From assembly GCA_017499595.2 (NCBI GenBank), contig CM039001.1, positions 3,658,001 to 3,722,000 of the forward strand: 64,000 nt of DNA, in the 5' to 3' direction. The notes beneath the pieces are model-generated. The model was not told where the DNA came from and did no database searches. It worked only from the letters and a program-made list of their open reading frames with translations. A program made the translations under genes and the position numbers. The DNA is from Psilocybe cubensis (lineage: Eukaryota). Positions 36,501 to 50,381 of the stretch are shown here, one piece after another; the first letter of the stretch is position 1, and each line of letters opens with the position of its first letter.

Positions 36501-39500
36501 GAATATATCGCCCGCTTCGAAAATATGCCCGTATGTGAGTATCCAAGTTTTATGTTGACCTTCAAAATATTGTTGACTTTGATATTCTAGCTGATGTGAA
36601 AGAAGTGCGCTTATCGAGAACTTTGGAATTGAAAGAGTGGTTGCGTTCATCGATTTCGCCATTGGGAACGGATGATTTGTCCCGTGTGTTGGCCATTGTA
36701 TTGGCGCAGGAACCTTCATCCTTGCCATCTTTCCTCGAGGTTCTGATTCCAGGACAAGGGAATGTTTGGGTAGCATTAAATTTGCAGTTTAAATTTTCTG
36801 AGCTCCGAACGCTGTGAGTTTTGCCACCTCAATATGTATTCATAATATTCTAACAAGTTAAACCGCAGTTTGCATTTCAACATGCTGTATATCAATACCT
36901 CAGCGGCCGAGATCGTTGATGAGAGCTGCCAAACCATCCTCTCAGATACTATATTTGTGGCAACTCCCAGATTTAATGATGTTGTGCGAAACGTGCACCT
37001 CATTCTGCACTTCATAGCTTCGTCTCGGGAGAATCCTGCTGTTCTCAAAGGCCATCTTAAGCTTCTTGCGCGTGTTTTGAAGACAGCTTCTTCAGTTATT
37101 TCGCCTGTCGATTACTCTGCCCTCAAGGAAATCATTTTCGCTCATCCTGGGGGTCTCAAAGATTTGTTGACCTCCAATTTGGCATCAGAGGTACTCGAAG
37201 GTATGCTTACATATACCTTTGACGTGTCGATTTTCCTGATTTTTTGCAGGAATCGTTTTTTTACTCGAATCTGCGGTACAATTTGCTTCAGAAAGCGACC
37301 GGATTCTGCTTTCCGATATCAGTGGATATTGGTTCAATGCTATCGTGGCAGATTCTAGCAATCAACTTGGAGAGTCGGTGAGAGCATGTTTACAGCTCAA
37401 CAAAATGAACATTGTCTCATTACATACAGGTTTCCACGGCAAGGATCTGGATCAAGTATCTCGAACCAAGCCAGCTTTTTGACCTGCTCGACTTTTTGGA
37501 GCATAACTTTAAGAAAGAACAGTCTAAACGTGTTCTTATAGATGTCGTTCTGCAGGTTTTGGGTTCCATGGGAACGCTTGACTGGCATTCAGAACATACT
37601 TTGGCGGAACGACTACCTCAGTTGGTTTCTCTTCGAGATAGTATGCAAGATTCGGAATTGCTTGAAGGATTGGTTTCTGTGGCAATTGAAGCTTCATTGC
37701 CCATCGGTGTGGATGGTTGCTCCGTGGTCCCATCCTCAAGCGATATTGTCGACGTTACTAGGCGAGCGGTTGGACGGTGGACTCAACATAAACGGTCTCT
37801 CAAAATAGAACTGGACATCCGGTCGTTCCTCAGCAAGGGCAAATTTTCGACGTCTACGGCCAAAACTGTGTGCGGGTTAATGTACAGGCAACCATACCCG
37901 CATGACATTTTCATTGACTGGTTCAAGACTGCCGATTGTCTTCAAATGGACGATGAATGCTCCATACCGATTATACACGCTTTCTTGGACTCGTCAGACT
38001 TCTCCGCAGGATCTCCTGTAGGACTGGACGTATGGCAACCCTACATCCCGAAGTTTATCGCTGCAATTGCGCGGTCCTCCAGCTCAGCAGTTCTCGGCCA
38101 TCAAGCACGACAATCTTTGGTTGATATTGTATCCATTTTCAAATCAGAGCCAACCAATATCCTGTCTATTCTCCAAAAAGAATTTGATGTTTTGCCCGGG
38201 AAGGACCTATCGCCAGAAATTATTCTTACAGGAGCCATGTTGGCACATGTATTGCAATTGAAAGACAATGTTGCTGTTTCCAGGTTGTTGGATCGATCTA
38301 TGCAGCTATGCATAAATAAAATCGCCGAAGATCCAGAAGCATCAGGACTGTCCCGTTTTATGGAAGAGTTAGGTGGGTGTTTATTTTAGTTGATCTATTG
38401 GGCAATACTTAATTTTTTCAACAGAATATCTAGTTCAACAGGCTGGCTCTTCAAAGGCCCATCTGGTAGAAACATTGCTCACAGTCATCATTCAAAATTG
38501 TTTTTCCAGCGTTGCTGCCATCTCTCTTGCCATTTCATGTTTATCTTCCTGTTCATTGAAGGTATGTTCTGTGAGGTATGCTTAAAACTGCTTTCTGATT
38601 TATTTTTCGTTAGCCCCTAGTCGTCAATCGAACGCTTCAAAGCGTTATCCAGCACCCTCATTTCTTTAAAGTTTGTTTGAGCTCGTCAGCAGAGTTATTT
38701 GGCGTTCGTGACAAACTAGTGGATTTCCTTTACCGATTGTTTCATCTCCATCCAACAAATACCTGTCAGATCACACACATCGAACCACTTATCAAAATTT
38801 ACCGAGGGACATTATCTCCTTCCGACCTCCGTATCCTTTCTGTATTTCAGCTTTTCGAAGTCCAGAAAAAATTATCAGTTGCTCCGCTTCTTGCTCGATG
38901 GTCATCTAATCCCATTACTCCATCACATACCGCACTGGAAGCCATTCAATCGTTGGATCCCGTCATCGTTCTCAAAACATGTCTTAACTTCCCGCGCTGG
39001 AGGTCTTTGGAAGACCAGTCTAAGATTTCAATTGAACCACACGAAGCTGGGTTGTATGATCCTGTTTTTTTGATGTTGCTTTTTAGCCAAGTCCTATCAG
39101 AAGAACCCCCAACCTCTGCATTTGCTTGGATCGAACTGTTTAGGACAAATGTGGCATCCCTTTTTATCCGGGCACTCTCGTCAAAGGATGTTCACATCCG
39201 CGATTTGGCTCTCTGTCAAGTCGTTGCCTTGTGGAAACATATGCAGGTTAGTAAACATTTGTGTCATTGTATGATGTTTCATCATTAAATTATTATCTAG
39301 ACTGCGGACTTGCAAGAAAAACCTCATGTTTTACACCTTCTTAACCTTCTAAAAGATTTGATGCCAACACCTGTATTCAACAGTCTCACTGAAGTCGATA
39401 ACCCTCGTCGCCTACCCACCTATACGTCATTACTTCTTATGCATGCTCTTCGCGCGATCTTCAATCCATCAAACTTCGTGTATCCCATTACTGCTCGTTT

Positions 39501-40553
39501 CCTGCTACAAAGACCTTATCTCGACACCGATGACGTGCCAATGCTCTATGGGCTACTGTACAGTAGCGCTGATGATAGCTGGAAGAAGGAGCGGACTTGG
39601 ATTATCAAATTTCTGGCCGATGGCATGGTGAGCTCCGAGGATTGGCGTGTTCTGAAGAGGCGACATACATGGGATTTGATGGCGAGTTTGTTTCAAAGCG
39701 CCAAAGAGGATGAAGAAGCTTCGTTGCGAATGGCTATAATCGAGGTTTGATTGTTTGGAACCTTCCAATTGGCAATGGGCTGATGTTTATGTCATTGCTG
39801 CGCAGGTTCTGGCAAACTTGACGTGTAACATGCAGGCTGCGATGTCGTTAACCTTAAAGTCGGCTTTGTTGCCCTGGATTGAAATGCAGATTTTGCAATC
39901 ATCCAGCAAATCGGAAGGGGTGGAATGGATCAAAATTCTCGAAAACATTCTTGTGATAGTTGATGAGAAAAAGATTGAAGCCTCGACCAATGGCGAGTGG
40001 AGGGTTATCATCTGCAGATGTCTTGTTTATCTCATCGACATCGAGAATTGCTGTAAGTTCTTACGCGACTCATTGCTTACCCAACGCTGATACCTTGACA
40101 GCCACAGCGCTACAAACCTTTCCCCACGCTGTCCCAGTTATTTTACGTCTCTCGTCTCTGGGCGGACCCCCTCTTTCAGAGCTAGCCAATCTGTTGGACC
40201 TGGCTGTCAAATGCCTTGAGAAGTTCGAACAGAATATCGAATTCGAAGACAATCTCAACGCACCCGGAGGCAGTGACTTACAACTACTACCCTGTCCTCC
40301 CCACAGGTCGGTTACTATTCATCAACGATGGTCACACACAACGTCCTCGGTATCCGGCGCGAGGAATCTTGCCTCTGAACTTTTGGAAATGCTTTGGAAA
40401 GCATCAATGTCGATGACTCAAAAATGCGATGCTTGGGATAAATTGACGCCGAGATTATTATTGATGAACACTCTCCGCCACAAGAGACGTTCAGAGAATA
40501 TTGATGTAGCTGAATGGGCGAGAAAGGAAGTTGTACGGAATTTGCACATGTAG
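33562..40553 (+). CDS. URB1: Nucleolar pre-ribosomal-associated protein 1 (Urb1/Npa1), large multi-exon gene
   Basis: N-terminal Npa1-type segments (DIRTLYIQFLLSF, LACPELVAGYW, LEPRLASKWITN). C-terminal NopRA1-type segments (YRGTLSPSDLRIL, YDPVFLM, FLLQRPYLDTDDVPMLYGLLYSS, KERTWIIKFL). Confidence 0.88.
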
Positions 40554-40697
40554 GCAGCTTGTAGGACTATTGCCAAATCACGAAAATACCTACCCTAATG
40601 CATTGAACTCACGTGATCTGTATAAAAATCAAATGTTGATCAGGCAACTAATATCCAAAACTCAATCAACAACAAACCGTTTTCTTGCACTGTTATC

Positions 40698-41351
40698 ATG
40701 CCAGTGGAACGAGTTATTGTAGAACTTCCTCACCACCACCACTCTAGACGAGGTATAGACCACAGATGCTCTGTGACCTCTCGATTTTTTCCCGCTAGGG
40801 ATCACCAGCCAGTGGCCCCTGATCCTGATGACGAGACCCTATCCATCTACTATCCAAGAACATCTGAAGATCGTGTAAAGTTTAGGACGAAATCAGGGAA
40901 GGTGAATTCTTGCGAATACTCTGATGCTCTTCTCCAGCGTGGCCTACACCTTCATTAGAAACTTACACCGCATCAGTGGGCCGTCTACGACTTTGTCAAA
41001 ACTATCCCAAAAGGCAGAGTTGCAACCTATAAAGATGTTGCATACGCTGCAGGAGGATCACCTCGTTCAGGTATGGCTTGTAATATATATGGACCCTGTC
41101 ACATGCTCAATCATCCTGTATGACCGATAGTTGGAGGTGCTCTGCGAAACAATCCATTTAGTCCCTATGTGCCATGCCATCGAATCATTGCCTCCAATCT
41201 GTTTGTAGGCGGATTCTTTGGCGAATGGGGGAAGGACCATAAAACCGGTACTCGCTATAGTGACAAGATTTCTTTGCTTTCTCAGGAAGGGGTTCAATTC
41301 GACAATAGCGGGCATTTATTGGAAGCTGATAATGTTTTGTGGAGAAGATGA
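40698..41351 (+). CDS. MGT1: O6-methylguanine-DNA methyltransferase (MGMT/Ogt family)
   Basis: Spliced VYDFVKTIPKGRVATYKDVA...SPRSVGGALRNNPF...VPCHRII, with the active-site PCHR intact. Confidence 0.9.
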
Positions 41352-41791
41352 TAAGCACCATCAATATTTTCATCCATCATATGTCAAGATATGTCACAGT
41401 TTGCAGACAATAATGCACCCGATCCCACCAAACTACAGCCGTTGTGGGCAGATTAATCATGTATAGTCGTACGTTATTTCTGACAATGAAGGAGCCTCTA
41501 ATTTCTATCGTCCTCAAGGCTGTAGTAGCACCTGATCTCACATCCAAAGGATTATGGGCATATCGTTCCACAAAGTTGATTAATTTCTGTCACAGGAGCT
41601 GAACATACCAAATTCTGCCCGTCGCGTGAGGACGTAAATAGCCCCAATGCCGGAATGTGCGGATGTCAAGGCAAGCGATAATGAATACCGAATAGGGTGT
41701 GATACATATCCGCCATATTGACATTCCGCCGGTAAAGTCATTGAGGGCCTTGCTGAAGGTGGGGACATGGGTGTTCCGACTTATGCTGGAC

Positions 41792-41799
41792 TATATAAA
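41792..41799 (+). promoter_or_regulatory. TATA box of first P450
   Basis: TATATAAA about 40 nt upstream of ATG 41839. Confidence 0.5.
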
Positions 41800-41838
41800 C
41801 CTCCTTGTTTTGTGTGTCTTCCATAAGTTAACCCACTC

Positions 41839-44046
41839 ATGGAACATTTAGTTTCAGTTTGTCTACTCCTCATCCTCCTGGCAATTGCCTCGCAAAGATG
41901 GGTAATCATGCCGGGTTTTCATAGCATCCTACTTCGTGGTCCACCTAGGGACGACTTCTTGTTTGGAGTAATGCGTCTCATGCGCCTATCCACACATCCT
42001 AACGTTCTTTTTGAAAACTGGGCGAATAGATATGGGTCTACTTATCGCATACCTCTCCTACTGGGATCCCATGCCATCGTTGTCAGTGATATGAAAGCTG
42101 TGACGCACATATTTTCCAAGGACACCTACACTTACGTACGATCTCCTGGGTTCAGGGCCGTCATCGACCAAGTCATTGGTCGCGGTCTTTTGTGGGTTGA
42201 AGGTGACATCCATCGGCGGTAATAAATATTCTACATTCATGAGCTCGTGAACTCATTCTTTACGACGCAGGCAAAGGAGAACTATGAACCCCGCATTCAG
42301 TCCTACAGTGATCAAGAGGATGACACCGGCATTTTACGACGCTACATATAAAGTTTGTCGTCATCATCTTACATCGTCTCTGTTTTAATTATCTTTATTT
42401 GTAGCTGAAAAATGTCTGGGACAAAATGCTGGATTCAAACGCCCCCAATGCGGCCGTAGAGGTTGAAATGCATGAATGGCACGTAGCGCGCATCAACATC
42501 TCTGTATTATACTGACGCCTTACTGCAGGACAATGAAGCTAGTGTACGTCTCGCTTTGTTCCCTGGTATAACGGTCAAGGGCAAGCTGATCCATCACTCC
42601 TATGTGCTTAGACTGGATACAATAGGCACCACTGTGTTTGGTTATCATTTCAACTCTCTCGAAGGAAAGAAATCGGCCGTAGAAGAATCCCTCCGGATCT
42701 ACAACACCACCATCCCTACCACGTTGGGAAAACTTGCATTATCCTTGTACATGTTTCTCCCATGGGTCGGGAAGTTACCAACCAAGCGAAAGCAGCTCAA
42801 CACGAACTTATCTGAATCGGCACGTGAGATGCTTGAAAGTATCATGGTAAATCAGAATCAAGACCAGGCCCGCGATTCTCAGATACTCGATGAATCGATT
42901 GTAGAGTTGTTTGGTAAGCCCTTCAGTCCTTTCATATATCCAGTCAATTCAGCCGATGACTTGCAATCTCTCACTTGTGCGCTTAGTGAAAGAGGCAGAA
43001 GACGACGGCGTTGACCTGCAGTCTCCGGAAGGAAAGGAAGAAGTCCTGGCTAAGGTAAGTATGTCCTGCGCCCACTTCCCTCAGTGTCGAGCTCAAAAAA
43101 TTGTTGCGTTGTAGATGAAAAATCTGCTTATTGCTGGATCCGATGCTCCTGGAAGTGAGTTTGCTTTCAGTATCAATATGTTAAATTACTGATACAAATT
43201 AATGTACAGTAATTCTTGTGGTATGTTTTCTGAGTGACCGTCGAAGACGACGAGTTTTATGATCAATCTGCCTCCAGTGGGCCTTGATTGAACTCGCCCG
43301 ACATCCAGAAATTCAAAAGCGAGTCAGAGAAGAAGTCATGGCCACTCCGGGAGCAGAGTTGGAATGGCGAATCCTTCAATCTTCTTGTCCCTTCCTAGAT
43401 TCAGTTTTATCGGAAACATTGAGATTACATCCGACTGTTGGGGAAACACACCGCATGGTGGGCTTTTATCTACTGGCCAGCATATGAATTATTGACACGC
43501 AGCTCATAATCAATCAGGCAAACGAAGATGACGTCCTCCACTTAAAGGAACCTATTCTCGACTCTTCTGGACAGCTAGTGGACTGTATTCACATACCGAA
43601 AGGAACAAGCATCATCATTCCTAACCATTACTTGAACTCTTCCACATCGATCTGGGGTCCGGATGGCCTCAACTTTAATCCTGAGCGGTGGATGGGGACG
43701 TATCTGTCGAGGTCGGGCGATGAGCCTAATGATGCGATCTCTGAGAGGCGTCGACTATGGACCTTCGGCGATGGACCCAGAATCTGTGTTGGGAAGGCCT
43801 TCGTGATGGTACAGTTAAAGGTGATTTTCCTCTTTATTATCTATTGCTAGTTTCTCATAACTTGACTGACTAAACCATTCTAAATGTTATAAGATTGTAC
43901 TGGCAGTTCTGCTACGTCACTTCGTTTTCGAACTGCCTCAAGGCCCTAATACGCCATTGGACTTCCACCTGTCTCTCGTCCGCCGACCGAAGGTAAAGGG
44001 GATGAAAGGAGCTGCGATGCCATTCCTTATTTCCAGAGTCGACTGA
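41839..44046 (+). CDS. Cytochrome P450 with atypical I-helix (multi-exon, includes micro-exons)
   Basis: N-terminal membrane anchor, GLLWVEGDIHRRQR, ETLR (ExxR), PERW and heme motif FGDGPRICVG. I-helix reads LLIAGSDAPGIILVWALIEL. Confidence 0.93.
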
Positions 44047-46734
44047 GCCTCCCTTTAAACATCTAAGCGTCAAGGATGCTGACTCACTAATGACTGTATG
44101 ACTACTAGCGGGTTGTAATGTAAATTAAGGAGTTTTAACTCTTGTTTTGTTTGTTGTATGTCCTTCGTGATCATGATAATTTTTGCCAATTATATGATGG
44201 CACCATTTTCGCTTGTGAGCTCAAAATGGATTTTGTCAGTCTAGATCTAAAATGACAATGTCGGTAGGTCGGAATGCTCAGGCTGTCAACGTTTTCGCTC
44301 AAACTAAATTGTTTCTGACTCCGAGAATGGGGATACGGCATTCGACGGGCGCTTACCCGGTACGACGTGACCAAGGCGGCCCGGTCATATATGTAGATCA
44401 GATAGCTGCCAAAGCCTACTGGAGTAACCTACTTCTTTCTGCGTTTCTTTGACTCTGCAAGCTTGAAATAGCATATGATTGATAATTTAATAGTATTTGT
44501 CCTCAATTGGGGGACACAGGATGAGATTATCATTCACTGCGCTTTTCGCTCTTCCGAAGGGCAATTTCGGAGCTTTGAACAATTTCGTTACAGCATGTGC
44601 ATAACGCACGTTCAGAGATAAAATTACAGTGATGGCGGGATTTTCAGTTTTAGAGCATATCACTCGGCCTGTTGTTCATTCTTCTCGCCCCCGAACTGAT
44701 TCTTATCTCAAACGCCGGTAGGGCGATAAGAGCACTGCACACGCCGAATCTAAGACGTTCCACAAGTCCATTTCACTAGGCTGCTTGAACTTAAGGGTGT
44801 TTTCCAGTGTCCACCGACTCAGAGTCTTGGTAGGGTAGGGGCGCAACAGCAATTCTGTCACCATCCGATTTTCAATTACGTTTGCACCGCAAAATATTCT
44901 CTTGTCCCACAGGAACATTATACATAGAAAACTGACCCAGGTGACAAGAACTGACGTCAAGCTATACGTGTAAATGATTTAATGAATCACATTTATCATC
45001 AGAAGAACGTGTCTATATTTCCAATGCCATGCATCTCGCAGTTTTTGCATATACACTGAACAAATCGGTTGAGAAGATCATTGATTTCACAAAACAAAAA
45101 TTCCACTCAGATGAGCTCAGGACCAGGCTTTTAAAAAGATCGTTTTTGTATCACCGAGAGCATGCCTGAGTGAGTAATGCCTACTGCTCTGCAGCTGTAC
45201 CTATCTATTGAAATCTTATTAAACTTCACATTCCTTGAACTTCGGACCTTTCAGTTTTCACCAAGTTCCCATTTGGTTCTGACTCATGGATGTAATAAAC
45301 CAAGAATATCTCTGACATGTCTTCGCCGGTATTGTGTGCTTACCTTTTGATTAACGACAGATAGAAGTTTATGTCAAAGGAAGAGAAGAACGCATTGCAA
45401 GATTCTCGCTGCCGCGATATTCATGCGTTGCGTTCGGATGTTTGACCTTTGAGTCTAACTCATCCATCGTAATTAAAATTGAGAAAGAGTATTATATTTT
45501 GAAGTGATATTTGACACATATTTCTCTTGACAATGAGGCCTAGATTGAGAGCGATTAAACTACAAATTTAGTTGATGCATTAACGGACGGTGGGTGGAGG
45601 AAATAATTTATCCACCTAAATTCTATCTACAAGTCAGCTTTGTTTTGTAAACATCTACCTGGAGCTGAAGAACCACCTTGGTTTGTTTGCTCTTTCGGAT
45701 CAATTTCTGTTTCCCGCGCTTGGTCTAAAATAAATCTGTCCCGCAGGCAACGCGCCAATGCATAAGATTAGTGCCAGGCCGAGTTCTCTCGAGTTCCTTT
45801 GAGCAATTCACCTGGATTCTTGTTATGCATGACACTGAAGCGTAAAGACATGTCGGTCGCTTTTATACTTTTAAATATTAAATCATACAGTCGACGTATG
45901 CATTGCCTTGGATGAAGGAATTTCTAGTCCTGCTCGTTAATTGTTCTATGCTGATAAACTTCCGTGCCATAAGCATATTCTGTAAATGAGCAAGAGATCA
46001 GTATCAAATTAAGCGTAGCGTTGGTTGTAGCAGGCCAGACTGTAGCGGTGCAACGATTTTATGTAATGCTGTGGGAGCCGGAGTGCTCCCTTGGCGTGGC
46101 CAGATCTGGGATCTCGATCGATGAGTGCCATCAATGTACCCGAATGCCTATATTTATCGAGGATTTGTTTGACAGACGATCACCTATTTATAGACCATCC
46201 CAGATGAAGCGGGCTGAAGTTAATTGAGGGATAAGATCAAACGTAAAAGGGACTTAGACCTAGATTAACTTACTACCACAGGTTTTTGCGAGTGCTCATA
46301 GATTTCTTCGGGGTGCGGGACCAGTTACTGCTATCTAACCGTGAACTCAGCTCGGTGTATTGTGAATCAGGGTGTGAATAAGCTCCTAATTGCTTATTAA
46401 ATTTGTAACAGCGTACGTAGTTGGAAGTCGTATTGGATTCAAAAATATATGAAAATTAAAATGCTGGGTTTAACACTATGACTGACCAGCTTTGTTCTGT
46501 AAATTTTGAAAAAGACTCGTCTTACCAGCGCGTGATGACATAGTATATCACAGCAACCAACTTTGGAGATAGCAATCCTTTGCGATTAAGGAATATTAAC
46601 CCATCATACCAACACCGGCCATGGGCTCAAATGCCTGCCCGATCACTCTACCTGGAATGTAGCATGCAAACTCTTGTCTGGCAATACGGCGAGATCTCCA
46701 ACAAGTCTCCTCATGTTTCTCGCCGACATGGATG

Positions 46735-46741
46735 TATAAAA
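46735..46741 (+). promoter_or_regulatory. TATA box of UbiA-family gene
   Basis: TATAAAA about 55 nt upstream of ATG 46797. Confidence 0.5.
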
Positions 46742-46796
46742 GCCTGCAATCGATAGCAGTTGTTCAACATCCTAACTCACTTCACAGTCACTCAAC

Positions 46797-48003
46797 ATGG
46801 CTTCCACTGTCTCGACCATTGTAAATTATCTATCTTCTTCTAGTATTCCATCACTCTCTAGTCCTATAAATGCTCTTAATCAGGCCGCCCCTACCCTCCC
46901 ATATAATATTTTTACGCTATGGTTGTTCATCAAATCAGACATTGTTGGAATTATCATGCCAATTGTACGTTCATTCTACTTCGATGAAAATACCTATTAA
47001 TCATCGACTTGCTAGGTTGCTTTCGCTACATTTATTACCAGCAACACCTCACCGATAAGGGCCGCCAAAGCTTTCACTTTCGTCACACTTCATCTTCTCC
47101 AATTCTGCATATCAAACCAAAGTCTCTCTCCCGAAGAGGATGCGAAGAATAAACCCTGGAGACCTATTCCGGCCGGGCGCTTGTCGGTCAGGAGTGCATT
47201 GATCTTGCGCTGGTTCATGTTGCCGGCATGCCTTTTGTTATCGGCAGCCTTCGGCGTTCTCGATGTCGGTATTGTGATGTCAACGGCAATTTTCTTGCAC
47301 AACGAGTGTGGCTACGACGCGCACTGGTTCCCAAGAACAGCCCTTAATGCGATTGCATACACCACATTCGATACTGGTGCCATCCTTATTTCATTGGGAG
47401 GTGAGTAACTGTTACTCGCGTTCTCAGGAGCAATTACTAAGCCCTTTCTCTGTAAGATCGCGACAAGATTTTCGAGGCCAAAACTCTCCTGCCATTGGTT
47501 ATCAATGCTTCGATCATCTTGACCACCATCCATGCTCAGGACTTCCGGGACCTCATCGGTGACATCCAAGAAGGTCGCAGCACCATTCCGATTGTCCTTC
47601 CCAAATCCAGCAGGGCTTCTATGCCTGTACTCCTGGTAGCGTGGATGGCCGTCCTCATGGCAGTGCACCAAGAGTGGAACGTTGTTGACTGGGCAGCTTT
47701 GGCTCTCGGCACCGTGGTCGGCCTTCGCTTCTATTTCATTCACGAGGCCGCAGCGGATCAGACCTCATACACTTTATACAACGTCTGTCAAAGTATCTCT
47801 CTCATATCTCCAATTCCCGGCTGACATATCCCTTTCAGGTCTGGCTGATTGTCGTTCGAGTGGCACTTGTCCTAGCTCAAGATAGTATCACCTCGGCTGG
47901 GCCGAAAGCCGGGTGGATTGATCTGCTCCCCAATGAAGTGGGAACCCAGTTGTTCAAGCAAATCAATACCACCGGCAGCGTCTTCCCCAAGTTCGAATTT
48001 TAA
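46797..48003 (+). CDS. UbiA-superfamily intramembrane prenyltransferase/terpene synthase (Fma-TC/EriG-like motif type)
   Basis: Exons 46797-46964, 47016-47400, 47457-47782 and 47839-48003. Motifs TLWLFIKSD, LHLLQFCISNQSLSPEEDAKNKPWRPIPAGRL and HAQDFRDLIGDIQEGRSTIP; several TM helices. Confidence 0.9.
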
Positions 48004-49091
48004 AAAAGCACCTCCATTCATTTCTCCTAGACACATGTGGCCAATAGAGCCTAGAACACGTAAATTAAACAATGCATACAGCCATTGCTATTCCATCTTT
48101 TACCTATCTATTTAGCTAGAGTTGTTGTACTTTAAAAGTGGCGTTAGGATTTAATATAACTTCATCATCTCCACCCTCCTCATTGGTTCATAAATTCAGC
48201 CAGCGTCAGAGTCACTAGACAAAGGACATGCAACTTTGAGAAAGCACAGGTACACAGGATTTCTATCAACTTCGGTTCGAAAATTCTACAAATCGTCAGG
48301 AGGAGCAGTGTTTCGTTGAAAATTCGTCAAGATATTAAAATATTGTTATTCCATTGCAAGGTCTCATGGCCGAAATCTCGCTATGATGGAGAGTTGAACA
48401 TGGCCCACGTGTATCTCACTGAAGATTCTGGGACTCTGCAGATACTGTTCGATGATGACGAGCAAATTAGTGAGTTCCCAAAATAGATTACCGATGCACA
48501 TCTCGGAACCGCGTCTAAGTTTACACTATTAGTGTTGCAGAGATCATAATTGTTATGATGGAAAAATTGCTCTGAGAATGTAAAGGCATGCCGACGCCCG
48601 ACTTGTCTCACTATCTGCGGTGTTCATACAAAAGTATCCATTTATCCGTTCCAAAGGCCTTATTTTTTCAGTGTTGTAACCTCCTCTCCTTGGAATACCC
48701 GATTGAGTCAATGATCGCACAGTTCCCGTTAATGAACATATCGCCAAATTTGTGTCCATGTTTAAATCATCAGTAGGCCACGAGCAGGCGTCAACAAGTA
48801 TAAGCGGGGATATGAACACTATAAGAATCTTTATATAGATGTGTATCAACGCATAAGGTGTCAGGCTCAAAATACTTTGATGCGTGATGTGTAGCGAACT
48901 CGGCGTCGTTTGATCTGGAGATAGCGCAGTGGGGGAAGAAAGACGTGATTTCACAATGGTCTCCACCACACCCGCTTTTAGAGTCAAGCCGAACAGCATT
49001 GTTGCTGCTCCTGACATTGCGATCGATGAATGGATGTAGTGAAGACATACCGAAGACCGACGCGTCTCAAGGCAGGCCGAGAGGGTGGATT

Positions 49092-50381
49092 CATCAGCAA
49101 AAGTGCTCGGATCCCCAAATGCCTTGTCAAGGCATTTGGAGGCGTCCAAAGGCCCCAATGCCCGAAAGGCATTGTGCGGTTCGTAACGAGAGACTCCGAA
49201 GACTGAAAGGCTTCGAATTATTTATTCCAAGGAAATGATTTAGGTAGTACTAAATATAGCCAAATCATTTGGTTAAAATTTGAGAGTGTCCGTAACATTT
49301 AGGCAACATTTGGGAGTCCCAAAAACATTTGGCAAACATTTGCCAGTGTTTAAATGTTTTACACTGTTCACATGGTTCCTTATTTAGTGGATCCCTCAGA
49401 TTATCATAGCAAGTAAAAAGAACTTGTTGCATTAAGAAAACTTATACTACAACATGACTCCAAAAGGTACAGAGAAGCGAGAAAGTGGGTAAATAACAAA
49501 ATGATGCTGAGATGATGTCATCAATAGATGTTACCCATGAATTATAGGAGCTACTTTGGTTGCATGATGTAAGCAAGGTGTGTGTGCAGAAGTGCGCATA
49601 TACTCACCTAAAAGTTTGGGAACTAGTGAATAATTATATACCAAGCCGGATATCCAGTAGATCTAAGGCAGAAGGAGAACGGTCTACGGAAAGGCAGATA
49701 CATGGTCAGTTGAGGATGATCTAATCAGAAAGGAAGTGGCAGAATTACCTGTGAGTTAGATTCAGCTATGATATACGAAGACTTAGAGTTGAAAAGTCCA
49801 AGCCCAAGTCCCACCAAGCGTCGCCGGAGTAGTGAACATGAGAGTATGTGGAAAGAAAGAAACGGGGGTTGAAAGAGATTATTATGCACAAACAAACAAA
49901 TATTTGATCTCCGATTCACTCCGATTCATGCTGATCGCATTGTGACTTCGTTGACAGTCGAGAAATTGTACAGACCGGGTGACCAACTGTACAGAATTCT
50001 AATTAGAACTAATGTGGCTGTATAGCCAGTAAATTTTGGTGTGGATGAATTATTTCATCAGCATTTGAAAGTCCTGTAAACATTTCTCATAACCGAAGTG
50101 TAAAACCAAATGTTTTGTGACCTCTTTTAATTTTGTTAAATGATTCCTTCAAGGTTGCACAGTCTACGAATTTTTTTTTGTAAATTGTAGTTACTAGAAA
50201 TTATTTGGTGCTTGTTTTGTGCTTCAAAAATGTTTGTGGGGCCTCCAAATGACCACCAAATGATTTGAGTGTTCCCAAATGTTGCCCAAATGTTTTGCGT
50301 GACATTACTGTGTCACGTAAAACATTGGCATGCCTTATAAGGCTCCCAAGGCATTTGGGGGTCTGGTCACTTTTGCTGATG
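49092..50381. mobile_element. Non-autonomous DNA transposon (~1.29 kb) with terminal and subterminal inverted repeats
   Basis: Left end CATCAGCAAAAGTG-N7-CCCCAAATGCCTT is the reverse complement of right end AAGGCATTTGGGG-N7-CACTTTTGCTGATG. Flanked by TT on both sides. Inverted arrays of AACATTTG/CAAATGTT at ~49290-49345 and ~50225-50300. No transposase ORF. Confidence 0.8.

Noticed and set aside
48553-49158. 201-aa minus-strand ORF between UbiA and the second P450, considered as an extra cluster gene or transposase
   Set aside because: It starts at a non-ATG codon inside the transposon and crosses its TIR boundary, with no DDE or enzyme motifs; probably spurious.
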